This document shows positions 1 through 11,358 of a DNA stretch of 64,000 bases, one piece after another (position 1 is the stretch's first letter; the number at the start of each line of letters is the position of its first letter). Below the pieces are notes generated by a model, which had not been told where the DNA came from, made no database searches, and saw nothing but the letters and a program-made list of their open reading frames with translations. Source of the stretch: Lingula anatina. Its lineage: Eukaryota; Animalia; Brachiopoda. The stretch is taken from positions 35,098,401 to 35,162,400 of the forward strand of contig CM120641.1 of NCBI GenBank assembly GCA_051362555.1, given 5' to 3'. The translations under genes and the position numbers were made by a program.

Positions 1-8
1 CATCTTAC

Positions 9-2951
9 CATGTAGTTGTGAGTTGCATCCCCGAGCAAGCCTCCAAATGTCACAATAGGAGTTAGGCAGGCAAAGTACAGGAATATAAAGGAGGCGACAC
101 ACTGTATGTGCAATGCGTCCTTTATGTCACTCCAGATCCATGGGATCTTACGCTTGATGTCTTCTCGTAAACCTCCAAAGAATCTGAAAACCAATAACAC
201 ATGACATAAATAGATCATGAATAAGTAAAATCCTGAATCATGGAATAGAAATAGACTAAGAAACAAAAATGGACTTTTAAGTGTCATTGTCAAGACACTT
301 TGTTTTCAACATCACTGTATATATTTATATACACATATATACTTTCAGTTCCAGAAGTAGCACCTGAAAGACTATGCTACTTGCGTAAGAGATTTTTCAT
401 AAAAACAACCCAAAAAGAAGAAAAAGTAAGAGGACATTGAAAAGCTAGGACAAAAAAACTTTATGGCAAGTTAAACTACCATCTATACAACCAGAGAGAC
501 AAATAAATGTAACTAAACAAAAAACTAAGCACTGTAAAAAAAAAGGGGGTAATAAAAAAGCATAAAGCCAATTCAACAAGAAGGTTCCATAAAGGAATAC
601 ACAAATATCAAATGATAAGGGGATACTATGCAGCCTTACACTATAAGCACTTCTCTACTGCTAGGAAAAAAATATAAGAATCTTTTGGCCTCAATGAGGA
701 AGACACAGACAATGAATGTCACTCCCTATTCCAGCACCATGGCTGTTTGATCTTCTTTCTAACACAATAAGCACTGATCACTGGATTTCTAAAAGTCTAC
801 ATACACTGTCAGTCCACCCATGAACCTCTTATTATTAAGGCTTTCCCCATCTTCCGGTGGTCTTTGAATTAAGATTAAAAAGGCATCCATTATGATTCAG
901 GTAGACCTCTACCTCTTTCTTGATACCCAACTCCTTCCACCTTTATTTCTATCCATCAACGCAGTGTTGTTATAAGCACTTATAATAAAAAGCACCATCA
1001 AACATTTAGGGGGATTGATAAAAACCACCAGCTTATTTGTAGTTACCATCCCATTTCTTTGTCATGTAAAATCTTCACCTTAGGGCTGAGTTCACAAACA
1101 AGTTAATCCACAGACAAACTGATCCTCGGATCAAATAAGGCCTGACCCACTTGGAGGCATGCTGCATAATTCCCTAATGATTAAAAAAATTTCAATTGTT
1201 CTGCCCCTGCAGGGATGGCAAATGTGGGAGGTGGGCAATCCATTAGGGGATTATGCGGCATGCTTTCAAGTGCACATCATATCTGATCCGCTGATCAGTT
1301 AATCCCCGGATCAACTTGGTTGTGAACGTAGCCTAATCCACTACAGGGGCGGATCAAGAGATATTTTCTGACAGTCTTCCAAATTATCTTTGTTGATCCA
1401 TCCTCCATTTTTTGACCGTCTTCCGACAGAAAAAATTAGATACCCTTCAATGTTAACTTAAAAATCTGACCGTCTTCCAGAAGACCCAGAAGATGGCCTA
1501 AATCCGCCCCTGCTCTAGGGGCCCCACCCTCTGGACTGAACAATACCTTCCAGTCCTGACAAGAGTTGGATCTCCGTGTTCCTCTTCCTGGGGGAGGTTC
1601 CCATTGGTGAGGCAGTTAGCTACTTCTGTGGTCTTTCTGCTTTCCTTAGCAAAGCAAAATGGGGCAAATATAATATTGAAGCACATACAGAGCAAGCTAC
1701 TACACTAGGCACGTCTGCTTCAGAGTCCAGATTCACAAAAAATGTAACTAATTTTTTTTAAAAAGCTGCGCGTGTAGAATGAACTGCTTACTTAAAGCCA
1801 AGCTAACAAGTACCTTTTCTAAAATCTTTATTTATGTAAAAAATGAAAACTGATAATATAAACACAAGCTTATTGTTAATAAAGGGATAACAATACCTCC
1901 ATTTTTATATTTCTGATAGCCTGTGACTAATTTCAAGTAAATATACTGGTAATTTCCATGACATTTTTACTTGAACACGTTTCTTGGCTTCCTATCACAT
2001 TAAAAAAGAGTAATTTCCTTTTAACCAAAAAGATATCTCACTCAAATATTTCTTTCCTGCCCTTGTCCAAAGTTTTGGTTCATTGAGGATTGTCCTGATA
2101 GTTGGGATTCATAACTTAACACAAAATATCTGACAATTTTTAAATAATTTTTTTATGACATCACAATAATCATGGGATTTTCTAACGAACTTTTGAGTTT
2201 TGTATATAGTACCTGTGATGGGACTTTGCCAGGTGGCTCAATACGTATGGAGGGATCCCACTCGCCAGGTGGCAGCACAGTCACCTGGTCCAAAAACTCA
2301 TCTATAGCAGCAAGCAAGTCTTGCCTAGTCTTAGCTCTGTATGCCACATCATGGAACACCTGAAATACATAATTTGTTTTCAAAATATTTGAAAAAAATC
2401 ACTGCAGCAAAATGCCTTATGTATATTTCATCAAACAAAGCTCGAAGGCCCCATTAATTAACAATGAAAATATCATTATAAGTAGATCCAACCCTGCGGG
2501 GACACTCACTGAATGCAATCAGATTAACACCCTCCCTCTTGTTTCCAACTTACTCATATAATCACCAGTTTTTCTGTAATTTACTCAACATCAGGAGCAG
2601 GAATATTTATCATCATGGAGTAGGATCGATCTATACAGAACAATAGTTTTACTAGTAATGATCCTTAAGTGCATGGGCAGTACATGGACAACTCACCTCA
2701 TCAGACATAAGAGTCGCCATGGATCTCCCAATCTGCTTGTTTTTGGCGGAGGTCCCACTGGGCCCAAGTAGGACAAAAATGAACCTCGATGGTACGGGGA
2801 CCTCAGTAAAGTCGGCTAACATTATGGCATCATGAAGACGTATGAATGCCGATATGGAGTAAGGCAGGAAATCCACCTCTCCAACCAAGATGTTGGCCGT
2901 TTCTGCTCCATGGGGGATCTTCTTCATGAACGGAACTCTAGAGAACTGTAA

Positions 2952-3029
<78 letters not shown>

Positions 3030-6000
3030 GGTGATTCTATTCAATAAATGATGCATTTCTTTTGTAAAATATCATCCAGCAGACAAAAATAGCAAAATAA
3101 AGAAAGAAAAGTTTGTGCATCTCTTTCTTTTAGAATAATTGTAATTATCATGAATGAGTGATGAATAAATTAAGTGGGTCTCCATAACTTTTAGTATTAT
3201 CATTTATATGTTAATGGACTGAAAATGTACAGGGAATGCCGAGAGAATATTCAACTTTATCCTTAAAAACTCAACACATTTTAATCAAGAACCAGAACAA
3301 AGCGCCTTGCAAATTCATAGCACTTGCCAGTGGCTCATAGCAAATGTATTTTCCCCTTACCCATTGTTTTCATTGCTTAGTCTTTTCTTTTTACTTTCAT
3401 TTTGTTATCTTTTCTCAATCCTTTTTTTTTTTCGGGGGGGGGGGGGGGGGGAGAGAGGAAGGAGCAGCAGCAGCAACAAATAATACTTTTTACTTTCTAT
3501 TTCTTATCTTTTCTTATTCCTTTTTTTTTGGGGGGGGGGAGGGGAGAGAGGAAGGAGCAGCAGCAGCAACAATGCCTTGATACACTTGTGCACTGATGCA
3601 ATTGCATGTCTCAGCACTTATTGCATACACACATCACCTAGCAAGCTGCCCATGAGAGCCTCTTCTCATCAAGTGTTCTTTACTGTACATACAGCCAATA
3701 GCTATCAAACCACTTCAAAAATAATTGCCTTGAAACAACATACGCGTTTCCTGTATTTCTTCTGCAATCTTAGCATTTCCGGCTCTAAAATAACTGTTGA
3801 TTGCCCTATATCATACTCATCCTCATCCTCATATTCATCGTCACTCTGTGATCACGAGTTTGTAATGAGGCAAGCAGACAGACATAAATATATGTTCCTG
3901 GAGAACTGTGGCATCACATAGACAGAGATTTGTTGCAGTATAATTAGTACTTTTGGATTCTAGTCATTAATGGGCTTATCAATCCCCTTATACTTGTTAC
4001 AGCTTTCTCAGATATCATTCATATGACATTTCTTTCATTTTAAAATGTTTATCAATAAGACAAAGGATACGAAATATCTAGCCAATTTATGCGATCATCC
4101 CAAAGAAAATTTTATGGATGGTATTTTTTAAGTTATTTCATATCTTCTTGACACTATAATTTTTTACAGTGTGATTTTCCAAACAAACAATAAAAATATT
4201 ATATATCTAAACAAGGAATCTACTGGTAATTCAATAATTAACTTAATAATTCATAACCAAGTGAGACACACATACCTTGGAATGAGAGTCAGAAGCTTGG
4301 TTGCTGTCACTGCCATTCTCAGAATTCATGTAGCGATCAAAGTTGGGTAAACTTTTATTACCAGTCATGGATGGATCTGGAAAAGTGAAAAAAAAAAATT
4401 AAAACTGAACTGTGTATCAGAAACATTTGTTATAAGTTTACGCAAAAAAAGACATTGAGAAAAAAGGGTTTTATCTTTTTTTTAATTTCGAGGCTGCAGT
4501 TTTGGATATGAGCTAAGAATATAGATGGTGAAATTTTGTGTAGAAAGGCAATCAACTTGATGACACACAAGATTTGGATTGGGGTAGAAAGGCTGATATA
4601 GCTTAAAAATTAGAGCTTCACATCAAACAGCAAAATGGTTTTCTATGTTTTGCAAAAAATTTAACTATGAAAAATTTAATTTTTCAAAAACACTCATTCA
4701 AATCAGCAGTACGTCTTAATTTCTTTTATAAACATCTTCCTTAGTTACATTTTTTTTAAGTTCTATATTCAAAAAGATGTAAATAGATTTGAAGCTATAT
4801 TTTGAGAAATAACAAGATTTAATGCATAAAGATTTCATAAATATATATAATAATGAACCCACAACAGGGGAAAAGAGGCAGTGCAAAGGAGAAGCAGGAT
4901 TTCCATTTCATCAATATTTTATGACTCTTGATAAAAATACACACATTTCAGACCCACATTTCCACAAATCATCACTTTTTAAATTTCTATTATGGTGAAT
5001 TAAATCCTGCTCCGATCCTTAAGTGAATGGTTATCAATGCTGTCAGCTCTGTTCAAAACAGAAAAAGCCCAACAGAAAATGAACAGTAAATATAACAATA
5101 TTCATGCAAATAAACACATATCTATGATGAACAAAAGCATTAACAGATATTGCAACATAACTAGTTAAAAAGGGGAAAGAATGGCCATAACCACTGTTAA
5201 ACAAAATCAGAACTGATGAGTTCAAATGGTTTAATATTCCCTAATACCCAACCTGAACATATGCAGACAAGCCAGCTAAGATGGTGCATCTTAGAATTCT
5301 CTAACATAAAATAGTGTGACAACTAATATCCAAATATACCAGAAAAGTTACTCAAAACTTTTAGCTAGAAGCCAAGTCCAGCAGTGCTAACTTAAAATCA
5401 TTACTAACATTGCTTTTGTCTGTCACATACAAAACTCAATAAATTGAACAACATGGTCTTGCCATGTGTTATAAAAAAAAAGGATGCTTGAAATCTCAAG
5501 TGGTTGGTCAAAATATAATATACAACATATAAACAAAAATTGTGAAACTGTCCATGCGGCCTGACATTAATAGTTATGCAGCCAGTTACTGGGGAGATTT
5601 GGTATGGTAATTAAGGGAATGTCCTTGAAATATTTGTCTGCCACATTTTTCTTAATTCTTCACATGCATGGCTGATACTATTGCATCCATATTAAGATTT
5701 TTTTTAAATGATCAGTACTCAGGAGTTAAGTTGCTAAGGCAACTTGTATTAGGATAAAACCGATTTATTTTTCATTATCCTAGAACAATTTTAAACTAGG
5801 TTTTCATAGCTAGATCAATCTAACGAGCTATCCATCTCCGAGGGGTTTCTCGCTAAATTGCTTTCAGCTTTAGCAACTTAGATGTTTCACCCGCAGGTGT
5901 TTTTGATTTTGTAGGAGAAGAAAGAACTAATATGCAAATGCAGACAAACGTAATGTGTTATGAATTACTTGAAGTCTTGAAGCAGTAATCAGATAAGAAG

Positions 6001-9000
6001 CAAATACTTACTTTAAAAAGTAATAATTATAATACTACCAGCAGTACAACTCTTAAGAGCACACTTTTCTTCGACTCGCAGAACTAATAAAAGCCCCATG
6101 CTTGTAAATTTTAGCACACGCAAAATCGTAGCACCAATAGTTGGTGGTTGGAAAAACAGAATATCTTGAATCCTTGTCAATATCCCTTAGTATATCAACT
6201 TATGTGCAAAATGTTTGAAAGTAAAAGGGTAGACTCACGCTTTACTAGGTCAAAGAAGACCCACAGCAAATATTCTACGCCATCAACTCTCTGTCACAAC
6301 TATCACATCGGTAAAAAATAAGTCATATTCACCAATCACTTTGCAGTCTACATCAGCGATCAAGTAATTATTATCAGATGATGTTTTGTTTCAATAAATA
6401 CTGAGAATATTCTTTATTGAAAAAGCATTTGTGAATCAATTTTAGCCAACCTGTTTACTTCAAGTTATGTGTATTGCTAGATCGCCAGCACTAACAGCTG
6501 ATGGAAAAAAGTTAATGCCTTGTTACGCAATGTAACACAAGGACACTACATTACAGGAGATCAAAAAAAAAATTTTTTTTTGCATGTGCCGAGGCAATAG
6601 CCAAGTACTTATACAGCATTATATCATAGACCCCCTCCCTATTACCTTTCCCCAAATAATTACTGTGTACCAAATTCATCACATGAATGCAGTTTAACTT
6701 TTGATTGAAAACATGAATACCTCGATTTGATTCACCTAGCCTCAATAACAAATGTATATGTGTATATATATATATTTATACACATGTTACTCCCTTTTAG
6801 CTTTGTTTTGATAACTGACAGTATGTGATGTGACATTAGGCAAGAAATTGTTCCATATAAAGAACCTTTTAACCAATCAGACAGGACAAATGAATTTAAT
6901 GATATGATAAATGTTGCTGTCCCTGCTTTTGATCAAAAGACAATCCAAAACTATGGCTTTGTTAATGAATAAAATATTAACAGAGATAAAAATAGTAAGA
7001 CTGAGCCTTGTTAAATACAATTACAGTGCTACTGAGAAGTTGTCTTACAATACCTCCAAGGACTTCCAGTGTTTGTTAACTACTGGACATTCTTTCTATG
7101 TCAGTAGTTTTTTTTTTTTTTTTTTTTTTCCAAATCACAATATGAAACCATGACTTTACTTCCACATATAAAAATCCCAGTTGTAGAGAAGATATAGCAA
7201 GAACAGGAATAGATATATAAACAGGTTATTTAGCCTGTGCAATCAACCTGATAATATATTTGATACTGTGCATAAATTAATAATATCCCCAAGTCCAAGA
7301 ATATTCTATAACAATTAATTCAGAACATTTACACAGTCACATTTAAATAGCACAGATGCTCTGTTACAACCAGATTCATATTTACAGATACAGCTCGCAA
7401 GTTTTAACTAAGCATAATAAGATATAACAGAGATGTCTCACCGCACCTCAGAAACTGAAAATATCTAACATAACAAACAGGTAAAATCATTTGGTCTTCT
7501 GACGACCAATTATAACAATTTATCACATAAAAATTAGCCTAAAGGCATCTGCAGCACATGCATTCACACATATTACATATTTTGGTCATTTTAAAACAAG
7601 TTCACATGTATACAGATGCTGTTATAAGCACATGTATGCAGTGCAAATACACTTCACATATACACAAAATCTGCTCTCAACTCCCCTCCCCCATTTAATG
7701 GCCCTCCTCACATCGTGCAGCACACTTTTTTGTTTCGCACCATTTTGAGATATTAATGACGTGGATATTATAAAAAAGTCAATTAGAGTGAGCCCCCCCC
7801 CCCCCCCCTTCCCACCATTTACATCCAACAAGGCCATCATCCATGCAGTAAAGCTGGATTAATTTTGATTAGTCCCACCTATTGGAAGTCAACGTGTGAA
7901 AAGGAGTAAAAAAAAAACTCTGCAGGATAATTTTGTGCCAAGACCAGTCAAAAGGGTGCAAAACAAAAAAGGGTACCCTACAATGTGAAAAAGGCCTATG
8001 CAGTCTCTAGGTCTGTCCATGTGTGTCTGTCTGTGTGTCTGTCTGTCTGTCTGTCTGCATGTCTTTCTCTCTCTTGATCTATCTCTTCACTTGAAGCATG
8101 CATTTTCAAACAAAGGCAATGGTTTTTGGAAATACATCCATTCATCATAACTGAAAATTATCAAACACAAAACGAAAATCCACTAGTTTACGACCAACCT
8201 GGACGTAGGCCTTCATCAGACTAATGTGAGATGTTGTAACTCACTGACCATTTCTGAACACGTAATAGGCACCAGCCACTGGATTGACTAGAATTCAACC
8301 AAGATCCTTAAATCCGAGTCATCTGACACCCCACGGAAGATAAAAGAGGCTATCAACATCAGCCATCACCTGCCACCCTTGAATAGGGAGGGGGGGGGAG
8401 GATCTACCTGACATTTATAAAAGGGTCCTAGCCGCTTTACAACCTAGCGGTCAGTGAGTCTGATGAAGGCCTACATCCAGGTTGACCATAAGCTAACAGT
8501 ATGAAAAATTTTCAGCTTGTGTTCGATAATTTTCATTTATGATCTTACTACCAAGCTAATGAACATTTTCACATCCATTCATGTTTCTACCATACACATA
8601 CATATAAATATCTACAAAACAACAAATTGATATTAATCAAAATACCGTCACTACCTAGAACACCGCCTTGAACCATCTTGTGAATTTCAACAAACTCGGC
8701 TGTTTAACAAAATAAAACAAATTAACAACATTCCGAACTCAAATACTGTGGTTGCTAAAAAATAATCACAACGCAAGCAATATTGTCACATCTCAGAACA
8801 AGAACCTCTGAGATTTACTACCTTGAAGAGGGAATAATTCATAATGTTCTGAAGTGAAATATTGAAAAAAAATTGTGATAAGAATGAAAAAATTCTACAT
8901 GCAAGGTAAAAATATGAATAGCTCAAGAGTTTAAAAAACAAATAGGAGTAGAAATACTACAGAAAAGACTGTAACATTTACTGTGACAGTAGGAGTTCAT

Positions 9001-11299
9001 ACTTTAAACTATCATATAATGTGATCACAAACATATACGAGGCCATATACAGAAATTAAGGTATCATTTTAGCATGGAATTTTCCTTACTTTTGTAGGTG
9101 AAACTAAGTGATACAAAATGAATAGATAAATAAATACACCAATAAATAAATAAATAAATAAACACCTTTCCCTGACATGCAACAAAAATAATTTTTTTCC
9201 TAAACAAGCCAAAAACCATATAATCAAACCAATCCCACCATGACCTTCCACTTTGCATGACATACATTACAATCATGTCCCCAGTAAGTAAAAACAAAAG
9301 TTCTCGAACAATATACTTACCATCTTCTGCATTCTGCAGGTTTTTAGCAGAAGACAGCTTTCTTCCGATATCCGCCAGTGTTCGGACAATGGGCAGTCCA
9401 GACCTCTGTCCACGGTGTTTATCATGGAGGTGACGGTGTTTACAAAGAAGAACCTCCATCACCTGGTCCTTGTGCTCTGGGCTAAGGTTCCTATTGGCAA
9501 CCATCATGTCTAACAGGATCCCTGGTAAAAATATAATTTGAATCCTAACAAAAATTCTTATTTGTGATGTAAACTGATAAGAATGTATGGGATGAACACT
9601 TTGTCTAAGGGTGCTTTCCCAGAGATTTAGATCGATCTAGAGATTAAGTTTTAGATCGACCTAACTCCCTGGGGGTTCACGCTAAATTGCAGTCAGCCGA
9701 GCGGGCACCATAGTTAATTACCCCCTTACAGCTTTTAGTAGGCGGGACAGACGCTTAAGCCGGCCAAGCTGACAGTAATCTAGTGAGACTCCCCACAGGG
9801 ATAGATCGATCTAAAAATCTATGGAAATGGGGTGTAAAGGTTTGTCACATGTATCAGATTTCTTAAAGGGCAGGAGCCCTGGTAAAAATATAATTTGAAT
9901 CTTAAAAAAAAATTATTTAAGCCTCCATGACGTATATTAATAAGAAGATATGGGATGACCACTTTGTCTAAAGGGTTGTCACTTGTTTCAGATTTCTTAA
10001 GGAATAAAGAATTTTCTTTAAATTCAAAATGTCAAAAGATACAACCAAGTCTTTGTGTAAAAAATGATTATCAAAGTGTAAATATTGACAACCAGTAAAT
10101 ACAGCTTCAAATAAAAGTGAACCTATTTCATAAGTTCCTGACAATAATAAGCCATATGACATAAAAATCTCAATCATAGAACTTCAAAGTATGAATTGGT
10201 TCCCTTTTTCTAACAAAACCCTACCTGTTAGTGAGACCAGATTGTTTGCTGTACAATCCAGTAAAACAGTTCCATTAATCAAGCAGCTTCTGGCTTCAAA
10301 CAAAGAGTGTAAGGACAGTGCTGCCACGTGGGGTTTTGACCACCTTTCACCACCCTCTTCCAACTCCTCTTCAAATTTAATCCACCTAAATGATTTAAAA
10401 AAAAAAAACAATTCCCTCATATTTTACCACCAAAATGGCAGTTAATGCATTTATTCTGGAATTTGTGCTTGCCATCACATCATGTGACCTCCATAGAAGG
10501 CTATATTCTGTAATACGTAATCTCTTGAGAGAATAATACAAAAATCAACTTTTTAGAATAAAAAACCAGGCCCTGTGGGACAATTTTGAATGTGGAAATG
10601 GATTCATTTACCATTGGTAAGTATGGGAAAATTGTCCTTTACCCCAGGAAAATTAATTTTTTGCCAAAATGAACAGTTAAACAATGTTATCCCTTTAATG
10701 ACTGGTTCAACAATGGCTGTTAAAGCATATCATACTAAGACAAAAATCTGTCCAATTATTTTGTCTAAGTGTAATAACATTTCATACTAAGGACAAGATA
10801 ATAGAAAAGGACGATTTTAAACTGAAAATATCATACACCAAATATCTATCTTAACAACAATTTTTGACATTAAATCAATAGCAGCTGTTCAGGTACAAGT
10901 ATTATACAACTTTAAATCTTCAGAGACTTCAGTACATAGCTCCCTTGTGTTATCAAAATTTAGCCTGATAAGAAAATTGCATAACTTTGAAGTTTTGCTC
11001 AACCAGAATATCTTGAGTAACCCATATCTGATCTTTGCTCTAGCATGCTTGATTAAACTCCCGCACTTGTTGTATACTAGTAGAAATATTTGGTACAGCC
11101 TCACATCTCCAAGTGTCTGAGGTATGCAAACAAAAAAGGTGACTTTACCTTCCTGTCTCTTTCCATTCATATCCCATATCTGTGGAGAACAGTTCGTCCA
11201 TCTCACAGAACAAGTCGTGGGTTTCATTTTCTGGGGTGTCTTCTAAACCAAGGAGAAACTGGACGCGTTCTGAGGGTGGTGTAGCTGTGGGTTACATGA

Positions 11300-11358
<59 letters not shown>

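Noticed and set aside
4480-4830. Possible old DNA transposon or Helentron fragment
   Set aside because: No TIR, TSD or second copy visible in the window.
7442-7454. Possible SLC4 microexon ttttcag|TTTCTGAGGTGCG|gtgaga
   Set aside because: 13 nt breaks the frame and no compensating partner exon was identified.
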